Source: Rozella allomycis CSF55
Lineage: Eukaryota
NCBI GenBank assembly: GCA_000442015.1
Contig: KE560949.1
Span: forward strand, 1-64,000
Direction: 5' to 3'
DNA: 64,000 bases
Each line of letters starts with the position of its first letter. Positions within the stretch are counted from its first letter, which is position 1. The translations under genes and the position numbers were made by a program. The notes under the pieces were generated by a model that did not search any database, was not told the origin of the DNA, and saw nothing but the letters and a program-made list of their open reading frames with translations. Below are positions 34,006-46,789 of this stretch, piece by piece.

Positions 34006-34830
34006 TTATTGGCTTTTAAAACAACACATTGATAAGTGACTGAAAGACCATACATCATTTTCTTTATGGATCACCCCGTGAGATTGCGATGACGCACCAT
34101 TGAAAATAAGCAAAGGAAGAAAATGGTCAAGTGTAGGATGTGCCTCAAAAAATGTTTCAATTCCCATGGCAGCATCCATAAATTTTTTGCCATTCAACCT
34201 TACACTTTTAGTCAATAATTCGAACAATTCATCCTTAAATTTCATTGCGTAAGGGGCCGGTGGAGAATCAACCTTTAGATGCCCCATATCCTTAAATGCT
34301 TTACTGAGATTATGAGTAACACTTCCGCTACAAACAAGTGCATAATTATCATTCAACAATGGTTCTAAACTTTGTCCTAGTTTTGTCAACAAGTCAAAAT
34401 CTTTTGTTTCAGGAATTTGAATCTGCAAAATTTGCATATTACCATCTGGAAACATATACTTGCATGGTATCCAAACACCATGATCTAAACCTCGCTCGCT
34501 TTTTTGAACTGACACACCCAAACCCATTTCAATAGTCTTTGCAAGCAAATCTACGGATTCAAGTGATGGTTTAGGGAATGAATACTTTATATCATATATG
34601 CCTTTAAAAAACTCTCCGAAATCATGTATTATCTTGTTTGCCACATTGATGTGGATTGTTTTGTTTGCCTGATAATTGAAATTGTACCAGTGAGCACTGA
34701 GGAAAATAACTCCTTTAACTTTATCGTTTTGCATCGATCTACCAAGATTAGACCAATATTTAATCGTTTCCTTGTCTTCGCCTTTTAGTAAGGAGCCTGG
34801 ACCACCATGACCTAAGAAATAACAATGCAT
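34006..34830 (-). CDS. Extradiol ring-cleavage dioxygenase class III subunit B (LigB/DODA-like), intronless
   Basis: HGGP, SAHW, RGLDHGVWIP, SGSVTHNL, AHPTLDHFLPL. Confidence 0.9.
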   Translation of the reverse strand: MHCYFLGHGGPGSLLKGEDKETIKYWSNLGRSMQNDKVKGVIFLSAHWYNFNYQANKTIHINVANKIIHDFGEFFKGIYDIKYSFPKPSLESVDLLAKTIEMGLGVSVQKSERGLDHGVWIPCKYMFPDGNMQILQIQIPETKDFDLLTKLGQSLEPLLNDNYALVCSGSVTHNLSKAFKDMGHLKVDSPPAPYAMKFKDELFELLTKSVRLNGKKFMDAAMGIETFFEAHPTLDHFLPLLIFNGASSQSHGVIHKENDVWSFSHLSMCCFKSQ

Positions 34831-35131
34831 TATAGTTATGTAAAATTTGTAATTTGTGGATTAAATTGTTGAAAAATAAAGCATGAAGAATTGTGTCCAT
34901 GTCTTCAAATTTGTGAGAGAGTCAGTGGGAAAATTTAATTGTCAATTATTGTTTTCTAACACTTTATGAAATAAATCGCAATTAAACCTAAAAATTAATG
35001 AGCTTGACCTTCATTACACGTTACAACGAGAGACAAGTTAATCATTTTCTAGATCCATGGCATAATAATTATTATAGAGACTTTGGCAAATATTTTTTAC
35101 TTTCAACATCGCATTGGTGGCTCAGACAATC

Positions 35132-38100
35132 ATGAACACGTTAATTTATCATTTTGTGCTATTAGCACATTTGCTATCAATCATTGCCTCGAAATGTGTC
35201 ATGAAAGGATTTTGCAATCCAAAGAAAAAGCTATATTGTGCAGTGGACACTGAACCGGTGCCTGTAAACTAATTGTATTTGAATCATGTAGATTACCGAT
35301 CAATTATTTAAAAGAGACCTAATTAAACTGTGCGGTAAAAAATACGATCGGTTCGCTTGTTGTGACAAGGAGCAGTTAAAGTACTTTTCATCCCAAATGG
35401 AACGTGCCAGACTAATTGTTGGAGATTGCCCAGCTTGTTTTGAAAACTTTAAAAATGTGTGGTGTTCGGCAACATGTTCTGCATCTCAATCTGATTTCAT
35501 GAAGGTTAATGAGATTGACAAGCGGGATAATTCTGTGTTGAAGTTGACGTATGCTGTTACCGAAGCCTACGCGGATGGACTATTCGACTCGTGCAAGCAA
35601 ATAACATTGGGAATGAGTAATAAAAAGGCGTATGAATTTATTACTGGGAATACTCCAGTGAGGAATGGTAAAGATTTCTTGGACATTTTGGGCCGGTCTG
35701 TTGATGAGAAGGGAAACTCGCCTTATCATATTAGTTTTGTTGTACAAGATGATGATGTAAATGTGAATGATACGATTTTAAAACCATTGAATAATAAAAT
35801 GCATACATGTTTTGATGAGGAATACAAATGTAACTGTGTGGATTGTTTGGGGTCATGTGGACCGCCTGATCCATGGCCTATCAATAAATCGCCATGCTTG
35901 ATTGCAGAAATGAGATGTTCAACATTGTTTTTGATTATTTCACAATCAATTTTTCTGATTATCATCTTTATCGCCTTTCTGATTTCCAAAAGGATTGAAA
36001 AATGGAAAGAAAATGTTGAGGTTGAAAGCATTGAAAGTGAGCCATTCATCTTTGGAACACAAAAGCTGAAGAGTGGAAAATTGAATGATTTAAGCCATCG
36101 ACTATTTTACAGGCTTGGATTGACGATGGCCAGGCATCCATATAAAGTATTATCAATTACTTTATTTATTGTGTGTTTGAGTGCTCTTTCTTTTCTGTGG
36201 AATGAATTTCAGGTAGAAACGGACCCAGTTAAGCTGTGGGTGAGTCCGAATTCTGAGAGTCTTCGACAAAAGGAATATTTTGATAATACATTTGGTCCAT
36301 TCTATAGAATTGAGCAGTTGATTTTTACAACGAGTGGTGGAGATAGTATTGTTCAAAGAAATGTGATTGATGAGGTATTCAAGATTGAAATGGATATTAT
36401 GAAACTAAAAGCAGAACACCAAAATAGTACAGTGAAGATTAATGATTTGTGTTTTGAAGCTATCCCTGGGCGCTGTATGGTTCAAACAGTTACGGATGTA
36501 TGGAAAGATTATGACACATTTAAAAAGTCGAGTGATTGGAAAAGTGATTTTAATAAATGTACAGAAACGCCTGTGAATTGCTTGTATGGAGATAGAGCGC
36601 CATTAATGCCCGAGGTTGTTCTTGGCGGGAAAATTGGCAATCAATTTGACCAAGCCTCTGCTTTTATAACGACAATTCTGTTGAATAACTATGTAAATAA
36701 AACACGTTTAGCTCCAGCTGAAATTTGGGAATCTAATCTAAGAAAATATTTGGTTGAAAAGAAGGTTGAATTGGCAGAGAAAGGGATTAACTTGTCGTTT
36801 TCTACAGAGAGTAGTCTTGAGATTGAATTGAATAAGAATAACTCTGCCAATCTAGTTGCGATAATATTGAGTTATTTAATAATGTTTGTGTATGTTCAGA
36901 TAGCATTGGGTAGATTTTCTACGTGGAAAAGAGTGTTTATTGATTCAAGGGGATTATTAGCATTTGGTGGGATAATGATAGTTGGGTTTTCCATTTTGAT
37001 ATCATTTTCATTCTTTAATGCGATTAGATTAAAGACGACGATGATTATAGCTGAAGTGATACCATTTCTAGTGTTGGCTATTGGTGTTGATAATATTTTT
37101 ATTCTTGTTCACATGTTTGATAGAACGAGTCATAATCTTTCCATTGAAGAGCGAATAGCAAGAGCATTGGGTAGAAGTGGTCCAAGTATTCTTCTAACTG
37201 CGTTGACTGAGACAGCCGCTTTTTCCATTGGTGGGTTTATTTCAATGCCATCTGTGAGTTCATTTTCACTTTATGCAGCTGTTGCCATTTTTGTTGATTT
37301 TATTCTTCAAATTACTTGCTTTGTGAGTTTATTAACGATTGATTCTAAAAGACATTTAGATAATAGAATTGATTGCTTTCCTTGTGTTTCTCTTCCAAAA
37401 TCTTCATATAACTTTAAATCATCAATTTTACATCGATATATGAAAAATATTCATTCTAGATTCCTTTCAAAGACCAGAGTCAGATATTCCATTCTAGTTT
37501 TGTTCACTACAACGTTTTTTGCGTCACTTTATGGATTGTTTAATATTCAAATAGGATTGGATCAAAAGGTAGCGTTACCGAGTGATTCTTATCTTGTTGA
37601 GTATTTTAGAAACGTTGAAAATCATTTGATGATTGGACCACCCTTGTATTTTGTTGTGCGGGGGTTAAACATTACAGATCAACAAGGACAATATATAATA
37701 AGCAGCAAATTCTGGAAAGATGCAAACATTTATTCATTGGTAATAAATTTAACTATTTTATTTGAATAGAATGCAATAATTGAAACAAATAGACAAGTTT
37801 CTGATACAATGATAGCCACTCCAGTTTCTAATTGGCTTGACGATTATTTTGTTTGGCTTTCAAATCCTGATGGTTGTTGTGTTGATGAAGAAACAGACTT
37901 TTGTATGGAACCAGAATTTAGATTTATGAATGAATCTTTAAAAGGAGAAAAATTTCTTTCTTATCTTTCTCAGTTTCTTAATCAAGTCCCAGATGAAAGT
38001 TGTCCTTCAGCTGGTAGAGCTGCTTATTCATCTTCAATCGTTCCTGACTACAACAAGACAACAATTGTAGCATCAAACTTTAGAACTTATTTCAATGTTT

Positions 38101-38859
38101 TAAAAACCCAAAATGATTTTATTCAAGCAATGAAATCTGCAAATGCAATGACAGAAATAATAAAGCGACACAACAAAGTCAATGATGAACCAATTGATAT
38201 TTATCCTTATTCAATCTTTTTTATCTTTTTTGAACAATATTTAACTGTTGTTCAAACAGCTTTAACTGTTCTTTCAATCGTCACAGCAATCATCTTTGTC
38301 TTTTCATTTCTTTTATTACAAAGTTTGTCTCTTGCTATTCTCATCACTCTAATGATCATTTCAATTCTGGTTCATCTTGGTGCCATAATGTCTGTATGGG
38401 ATATTACACTCAACGCTGTTTCAATAGTCAATATGGTCATAGCTGCTGGCATCTCCGTTGAATTCTGCTCTCACATTACTAGAGCTTATCTCGTCACAAT
38501 TGGAAGCAAAATAGAAAGAATGCAACAAGCTCTAAGCGACTTTGGTAGCTCTGTAATCCATTCAACTCTCGTTCATCTAGGTTCTCAGTGGAATTACACT
38601 AACTAAACTCTTTGGTGTCATTGTTCTATTGCTAGCTCCATCAAAAATATTCCAAATATTCTACTTTAGAATGTACATTTCTATCGTCCTCTTAGGATTC
38701 CTCCATGGGTTAGTCTACTTGCCCGTCCTATTGTCCTTCTTTGGCCCAAATTATGTCCTGGTCACTAAACACGTCCCCTTTTCTGAAGTAGATGACGTAC
38801 CAGAAGACGAAGACGCTATCAACACCAGTGATCCAATAATAGGCTCTGATGAACAATAA
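35132..38859 (+). CDS. NCR1: Niemann-Pick C1 sterol transporter (NPC1/Ncr1)
   Basis: Signal peptide, Cys-rich NTD ([12 protein letters not shown]), [17 protein letters not shown], sterol-sensing [26 protein letters not shown]. Confidence 0.95.
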
Positions 38860-38923
38860 ATAAATTAGATTTCTCTCAATTTCACCTCTTATCTCAACTT
38901 GGCGCTAAGCCATCCACACAAAA

Positions 38924-39197
38924 ATGGGCAATGGTCAGAAAGCTCAAATGAAGCGCGAAAAAAACTCAAAACTCAACAACGGTGCCGGAAAAAGTCAATT
39001 AAAATCTGTAAAATTTAAAAACCATAAAGATTAGAACCAAAATGCAAAGTCAATCATTTGCAAAATTTGCAGGTCAACATTCCTTTGCACCGCAAATATC
39101 ACGCAGTAATATTAATTTATATAATTGGAAAAGACTATCAGATCACGCCACGAATAAACACAACAAACAAGTCAGCGAGTGCTTTGACGGATACTAA
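38924..39197 (+). CDS. Small ZNF706-like C2H2 zinc-finger protein (not in ORF track)
   Basis: Spliced MGNGQKAQMKREKN..GKSQLKS/NQNAKSIICKICRSTF..Q/LSDHATNKH..CF; introns of 27 and 28 nt. Confidence 0.8.
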
Positions 39198-39225
39198 TGC
39201 GAAATAAATGTAAATAAATTGCTCT

Positions 39226-39732
39226 TTACTTGCCACATGAGCCGTCCTTTGGTCTATTCTTCCACCTCTCAAACACCTTGGAGCAATCAAATATCGGTTT
39301 CCCCAGTCTGTCATTAACTTCATTGTGCATCTCGCACATCCACATTGATAAATCAGTTCGCGATTTAGTTCTAGGCGGGTCCTGCTTCAAGTACTGCTGC
39401 ATATGGTCTGCACAATATCCACACGGATAAAACTTTGAAAACTTTTCCAACAAGATCTGCATATCCTTTTCCTGCTGCGATGTGGGCTTCTCGGGATAGT
39501 ATGCAGCCATAGTATGCAGGTATGTCCACGTATGTGCGCCCAGTTCTTTAGAGTCTGGAGGGCACGGCATCTTTTGGGTCTTTTTCGTGGTTGCTGCTTT
39601 CATTATGCCTGCGGCCGAGGCTGCAAACGCTTCTGGAGTGGCAGTCGATTTAAATGCATCTTTTTGCGCTTTGGTGGCCCATTCGTTTATATTGTCGCAC
39701 ACTCCACAATCCTCTGAGCTGTTTTTGGACAT
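39226..39732 (-). CDS. ERV1: FAD-linked sulfhydryl oxidase Erv1/ALR
   Basis: N-terminal CGVC, CPPDSKELG..TWTYLHTMAAYYP, YPCGYCA, WMCEMHNEVN.RLGKP.FDC. Confidence 0.95.
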   Translation of the reverse strand: MSKNSSEDCGVCDNINEWATKAQKDAFKSTATPEAFAASAAGIMKAATTKKTQKMPCPPDSKELGAHTWTYLHTMAAYYPEKPTSQQEKDMQILLEKFSKFYPCGYCADHMQQYLKQDPPRTKSRTDLSMWMCEMHNEVNDRLGKPIFDCSKVFERWKNRPKDGSCGK

Positions 39733-39759
39733 TTGCGAAAATCTGGAATTCTAAATTGA

Positions 39760-39933
39760 ATGGCATTGACGTGTTCTGATATCTGTAAATTTCTTGTAGC
39801 TGTATTTGTTCCTCCTCTTGGTGTCTACTTTGAAGTTGGGTGTGGTAAAGACTTGATCATTAATGTGCTTTTGACAATTTTCGGTTACCTTCCCGGGATT
39901 CTTCATGCTATCTATATAATCTTAAAGTACTAG
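39760..39933 (+). CDS. PMP3: Plasma membrane proteolipid Pmp3 (57 aa, not in ORF track)
   Basis: MALTCSDICKFLVAVFVPPLGVYFEVGCGKDLIINVLLTIFGYLPGILHAIYIILKY. Confidence 0.92.
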   Translation: MALTCSDICKFLVAVFVPPLGVYFEVGCGKDLIINVLLTIFGYLPGILHAIYIILKY

Positions 39934-39996
39934 CCGAAACTACAATGTTTGAAGTTAATTTAAATAAATTCTTTTAATCAAAAGCTATAATTTATT

Positions 39997-41148
39997 TTAT
40001 AGGATAATGCAACAACCAGATTTTTCATCTACTTGCGGCTTCTCTTCCCTTACAACTTCTTGATTATCTGAAGCTACAGGACTACTTTCTATTATTGGTT
40101 CAGGAATTTCAATTGGGCTTTGTTGAACTTGTTTTGTTTCCACAATTATAGTCTCGGGCAATTCTGGGACAACTTGATCTTCATTTTTCTTTTCTTGGGT
40201 GTCGATTATTTGAGGAGGCTCGACGACTACTTGGCATTCTTGTTCCGTTACATCATTTTCGCAGAGTGTTGATTCAACAACTGCCGATTCAGGTTCCTGG
40301 GAAGCATGATTTTGTTCGACTTCACTGATTTCCTCTACTTGTGGTTCATATACTGGCACAGCTTCTACTATTGGCTCTACTTTTTCCATCTCAACAACTT
40401 GTTTAATAGTTTCTTCTTCAACATTTTCTTTAGGAATGGAAACTTCTTCGATTGGCTTTTCACTTTGGTCTAGATTTTCTTCTTCAACATGTTCATCAGC
40501 AGGGGCTTCAGCCTTTTCATTATTTTCAACTTCTTTCTCTTCGGTTTCAATCTTTTCTTCTTTCTCTTCAATTTCAACCTTTTCCTCTTTCTCTTCAATT
40601 TCAATCTTTTCTTCTTTTTCCTCCTTTTCACTTTCCTCAGACTCTTCCTTTACCTCCCCACTCAACACCATCTCCACGACATTTTCATCTCCATCCAACG
40701 GAATCTCCTGTCTCACAACCTCTCCCCCATTCTCCTCGCCCTTGACACTGTCATCGTCCGTCTGATCATTTGCCGTCACAAACGACTGTTCCACAAACGT
40801 AATCTCATGTTTCGCATTTTCATCCTCCTCCATCATAATTTCCTGGCAGCCTCTACTTTCAGCACCAACGCAACCCTGGTCGATGGGAGTGTTTGTGTGA
40901 TGATTGCTATTTATGTCGTGATTTGAATCACCGACTGATTGCACTTTGGGATCTTGCATAGTAGGAATAGAATCGGGATTTTTGTCCAGGTCGAGTGTGT
41001 CGTGCGACGTGATGGCTGTTTGAGGAGTCGTTACTAGTTAATAAAGAGATTGTTTTTTACGACCATTGGCTTTTTTAGATCTCAGGGTGGCACGCTTTTT
41101 GAGTGTTGCTTGGCGCTTTTTCTTGTTGGATTTTTTTAGTTTGGTCAT
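39997..41148 (-). CDS. Glu-rich low-complexity protein with basic N-terminus and CAAX tail
   Basis: Lys/Arg-rich first exon, 27-nt intron, EEKEEK repeats, terminal SGCCIIL. Confidence 0.65.
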
Positions 41149-41287
41149 AGGTGGCTGATAACGAATTGTATGGGATGTAAAATTAATGTGAATGAAATGA
41201 GAAAATATGTCGTTATTGAAGGTTTTTATTTGTTTCTGTTGGATGATTTATTTCCTTGGATAACTGTTGTTTATATCTAGAGTTGTT

Positions 41288-44200
41288 ATGAATGAAGATA
41301 TAGGAAATGAATCGAGTGAAGTTATTAATAAAGATAATAATGTGAACGAGCAAGAAGATGTAAATGACAATGTGAATGAAGAAACTGAAATAGTTGAGCA
41401 ACCACAAGATGACTCGAATGCAGAAATAGAAATTCAAGAGACTAATGAACAGCTAGAATCTAATGTACCGTTAGAATCGGATGAACAAATTGAATCAAAT
41501 GATCAAGAAGCTGTGGGTGTAACTCTGTCAAAAGAGCAAGCTGAATCACCATTAGAAGCAGATGCACAGCTTAAATCTAGAGATCAAGTACCGAATACCC
41601 AAGTTGAATCAAATGCACCAATCGAAGAATATTTACCACTTGAATCAAATGATCAATTGCAGACTAACGAGCCAGTAGAATCAAATGACCAAGTACCAAA
41701 TAATGAACCTGACGCAACAAATGAGCTATTCGAAGCTAATGCACAATTTAAATCGAATTACGAAGCACTGGATAATGAGCCTGTAGAATTAAATGAGTTA
41801 GTTGAAGCTAGTGCGCAATTTGAATCAAATCAACAAATAGAATCTAATGATGAAAGAGATGTAGTATTATCGAAAGATAATATACTATCTATTAGTCAAA
41901 CAGAGTCTAATAGCCAACTAGAGTCTAATAACCAAATCGAACCACAACGAAGCAATGTACAATCAAATGAAATACTAGCTACCAGTGAAGCTATGGAATC
42001 AATGGAGTTGAATAATTTGCCAGACTTGTCATTGATAGATCCCAGCAACGTAACAAGAATAATAAAAATAAAAATAGCCATTGATTTCCAGAGTGCAAAA
42101 GACCCTGTACAATTTACTGCAAGAAAGAGCCAACAAACTAGAGCAAGAATTTAGCGAAAAAGTAAATAAATTAATTTAACGATTTAAAGGAAGAAGAAGC
42201 CAAAAGAGTGAAGAATGAGCGTGAAGAGTTGGGCGTTGNAAGAGTGAAGAACGAGCGGGAAGAGCTGGGCGTTGACTTGTACCACATCCAGCAAGAGTTA
42301 GCGCGCATGCAAGCGGACATTAATTCCAAGGAAGCAATGTTGAAAGATGTGCAGCGAGAACGACAAGAGTATGAGAGCAAGTTGGCTAGTATTTCCGAGG
42401 AGCATCAAGAGTGTTATAAAAAGTGGATGGACAAGAACAAATCGCTGGAGAAGAATAAGCTTGAGCTTGAGAGGGTGAGCAAGGCGGTTACGCAGGTGAC
42501 AAAGTACCAGCGGGAGGTTGAAGATGAGATTATGATAGCGAAGCGGACGACGTTGAAGGCGGAGAAGGAGTTGATGGAAAGAGAGATTGAAAAGAAAAGG
42601 CAGGATTATTTTATTGAGAGGCTGGAGGAGCAACTTAGGCAGTTGCAGGAGAGGTGTGCGATGTATGAGAGTCAGTTGGAGAGTCAGAAGAAGGAGACGC
42701 AAGTTGCGTTGGATACGCTTCATGATGCGAATTTTGAGATGGAGGTAATTAAAGAGATTGAAATTTAAAAGTCTGTGTTGTTGGAAAAGAAGCAGTTGAT
42801 TCAGCAGTGGAACTATTCATTGATATCGTTGCAAAAGAGGGAAGATTTGCTGAGGGGGATTGAGGGTGAGATTGAAAAGGAGAAGAATGAGTTGTTGAAT
42901 TTGAATGGCGAGATTAATGGGTTTAAGCATTCGATGAGAAGGCAGCAAGAGCAGGAGGAGATATTGACTGGACTGTTGATGAAACTGGAGAATGAAGTTG
43001 AGAATATAAAGAAGCACATTCAAGCAATGAATGAACAAAAGGATAAATTGAAGGATTCGTATGCGTTGTATTCAAAGTCGCTGAACCAAGCGCAGAATGA
43101 ACTGAACATTGTTTCACATGTAAGAGATGAATGATTGATAAAATAAAGGAAAAAGCGCAGGTTGAGAATGAAGTGAATTCTGTGCAAAAGCAAACAGTGA
43201 AAGTGCAAGAAGAGATTAAGAGGTTGGATGAAGAGATAATGGAACAATTGCAAAACCAACTTTGTTTGAACAAGGGATCAGATAGTACAAAGAGAGATGA
43301 TAAAAAGATGAAAAGTTTAATTCATGAAAAAGTAAAAATAAAGATTGAAAGATTTAAAGGAATCGATTGTTTCTCAATTGCAAAATGAGATTTCATTGAA
43401 TTCAGCAGAAATTTTGAATTCGAATGGAAGAATATTGATTTACAAGAAGAGATTGAAAGAGTTGAGTGAAACATTGAAAGAGAATGATGAAAATTTAGAG
43501 AAATATGAAGTTGAGATTAGAAGGAATAATGATTTGTTAACAAAGAAGCAATCGCAGGTAGATTTGTTGAATAAAAAGTATGAACAATTGTCAAGCAAGT
43601 TGGTTGATGGAAGTGAAAGTTTGGGACCATTAGAAGCCAATTTGTATCAATTAACAAAAGAGTTTAATGAAACAGAAAAAGAGAATTTAAATTTATCAAA
43701 TTATTGGTTGAAAGCACAAAATGATCTTGTAGTGTTGAATCAACAAATGGAATTAGAACAAGAAGAAATTCATCAAATTTCAATGAAATTAAATATTTTA
43801 AAAAGAAAAAAATTATTGTTGAATCAAAAATATGAATCTGAAGAAAAAGAATTTTTTCAATTTCAAAAAAATATTCGCAAACTTCAAAACGATATTTCTA
43901 AAATAAATTTAATCTTGAGCAAACAGAATTCTATTCAATCGCAATTAGAAGAAAACAATTTAGGCTTAGAAATTCATTTTAGAAATAAACTCAAAGTAAA
44001 TTGTTTAAAGAAATCATCAATAGGACTCTGAAATTGAATCACTCAGATTAGAAGATGATTTGTACAATTTAAAACAAGAAAAGAAACAAATTTTAATTGA
44101 TTTAGTAGAGAAAGAGTAAATCTATTTCAATTCATTCAATAGACGCCAAATAATGTTATGGGAAAAGAAAATTCAAATTGCAAAAGAAACTCAAGAAGCT

Positions 44201-44880
44201 CTAGATCCTTCTGTTGGTGCCAAACAAGTAAATGAAATGGAAAAAGAAATTCATAAAATGAAAATTAGATATTCTCAAATTGAAAAATTACAAGAAAAAA
44301 TGGTTTCTGACATGGAATTATGTCTATTCAAACACGAAGCTATAACAACAAAGTAAATCAAGTTATTTTAAATGAAATAGATCAAAAACTATTAAAAAAT
44401 CAACTACTCTAATAAACATTCAAAAAAATATTTCAGATTTAAACAAACGACTCAAAAACATTATCCAAGAAATCAAAGACACTGACAAGAATTTATCCCT
44501 TCTAAAAGACTCTCAATCTAAACTAGAATTATTCGTCAAAGACACTGACACTGCTTGCAAAACACTCTCTTCAAAAGAATCTGAACTTTTAAACAAAATT
44601 AATCAATTAATAGAAATAAAACAAAAAGTAATTTCAATCATTATATCAATTTTAGAATTCTTATGATCTACTCAGATGTCAATTGCAACAGAAAAGATTC
44701 AGTCAAGTTAAAGAAGGGAAATACAAATTTGCTTGCAAGGATTTAAATCAATTTCCAAATGAATTCAAAAAACAGAAAGAAAAATGTGGAAAAATTAAAA
44801 ATGTTTTGGATTCTCTAGTTTCCTCTTTTCCGCATGTAAAGAATGATGTTGAGAATATCATGAAATTGGCTCTTCAATAA
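41288..44880 (+). CDS. CCDC40: Axonemal ruler protein CCDC40/FAP172
   Basis: REELGVDLYHIQQELAR, EKKRQDYFI, LGPLEA, QIMLWEKKIQIAKETQEALDP, EIHKMKIRY; nine 27-29 nt introns; N at 42239. Confidence 0.88.
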
Positions 44881-45001
44881 ATTGGTTTTTTTAAACTTTA
44901 TTTAAGTATATTAAAAGCTGAGGTTTTAAACATTTAAGATTTTAGACATGTCATTGACAAATGTTTAATTTTACAATCTATATTTCTATTTATACCCCGG
45001 N

Positions 45002-46356
45002 ATTTGGATATTCCATATTCAGTTAATATGTTAGTTGTAATTATGTATTTTGTTCCTTCTAAAAGAGGTATTAATGTTAAAAGTCCTTCTGTTTCAGATT
45101 TATCCCCTTATATCGTTACCCGCCGTCCCATTTACGAAATCTACAAAATGGGACGGCGACATTGCAAAACACTTTTATAGCAAAAAAACTTGAAATTTTG
45201 GTGCTGTTTTACGATATTTAATCATTATTAAATCATGTTTCATTATTTGAGTATATTATCGACTGTTGGTTGTAATTTTAATTTGCATTTTNTACGTCGT
45301 TGGCAAGGTATTTCTAGTATAATTTATCGTATTGGGTCTTCATGAACGATTATAAAATTTATGTTAATTATCTATAGAGTAACGTTAATAGCTTTATTAA
45401 AGTTTTAATTCTAATCTATCGTCAATGACTTTGGCGGATTTTCTCTAGCGTATTTTAAGATTGAGGTTTTTAGTGGCGGATGTTATCATTGTATTTAGTA
45501 CTACTGGTACTACCTTTAAATATGTGTCAGGGTATAAGTACTTATGCTATCGTCATAGACTCTTCTTGGGTCAGATATTAATTATTCTATTTATTTATTC
45601 TAAATTGTATGGTTCTGTGTATGGATATTTTTAATATAGGTAAGAATATTAGTTGTAACTTAAATTCATTTTACACATTGTTTGGTTTTGTTCAGTTTGT
45701 TACTATATACAATTTTTTATTTCAGGTTAGATACTTGAAATGTAAAGTTTTAAAATTTATTTTTATTATATGTGAAATAAGTTATTGCATTGATAAGTAT
45801 AAATCATTTAACTTTTTAGGATATTTTTGCCATATATTTTGTTTTGTGTCAATCGATAAGTCATGAATTCGTTTCAATTCTGCTAAATGATCTTTTGTTG
45901 GTTTATGTTTAAGGATTTGATCTTTAGACATTGGTTCATTAAATAAAATGAGGCCGTCAAAATCTTTAACTCTTAATAAGACAGTGTATGTTTCTAAAAA
46001 AAGATTTACATTGCTTAAATTAATGATAATGTTTGGAATAGTTTGACTTTGTGCTCTGTAAAATGTATAAGAATGCGCAGGACATATGGGAAAGTGTGTT
46101 CTCTTAATTGATATTGTCTTTAAAATGTTATTGTTCGTTACGTAATCTAATTTTATATACTTTTGAATTGGAAATATTATTGCTCTTTTGTCATTGGTAG
46201 TTGTAAATATATTATTCCAGTTAATAGGTTTTATTTTTGAATCAAATTCTACTTCTAAATATGATGGAATGTTATTTTCATAAAACATTTTTACTAACGT
46301 AAATGATGTACATTTGGATATTCCATATTCAGTTAATATGTTAGTTGTAATTATGT
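45002..46356 (-). mobile_element. Helitron fragments (PIF1 helicase C-terminus and downstream region) between assembly gaps
   Basis: Near-identical to about 56365-57480; encodes RTHFPICPAHSYTFYRAQSQT and TYTVLLRVK (helicase motifs V/VI-like). Confidence 0.8.
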
Positions 46357-46789
46357 NCCTGGTCTCTTCTTTTTCCAAATCACTTGATACAATCTTTTAA
46401 TGATAGTGTTGATTGTGAAAGATATATGAGGTATAGTAATAATGCTCCAATCATGAATTCGTCTGCGTATACTCTTTCTAACAATTAAAATATAAGAGAT
46501 TTCCGCCAAAAACATTTCGACTTGTATTTTGTCAAACTTGTCAATTTATATATTCCATTCACAAATATTCACCTTTAAATTATAAATAATATAATTACTC
46601 ATAATTTCAATCATCTAGGCATGACACGTCAGGCATCGTTCTGGTTCAAAATTAATTCTTTTCAGCCCACTGTTACGTCATTATAGTATATCTTCCTTAT
46701 TTTCTATGTGGAATAATTTGTATTTTTAATTTAACCTGCATCGTGGATCTGCCTATTTTAGCAGGTACAGGGATGATTGGAAATTTGGT

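Noticed and set aside
34006-34830. Intronless LigB/DODA gene as a horizontal transfer
   Set aside because: The family is widespread in fungi and other host genes here also lack introns; needs a phylogeny.
42205-42272. Tandem RVKNEREELGV duplication in CCDC40
   Set aside because: Junction is the N at 42239; assembly overlap artefact, with silent differences suggesting alleles.
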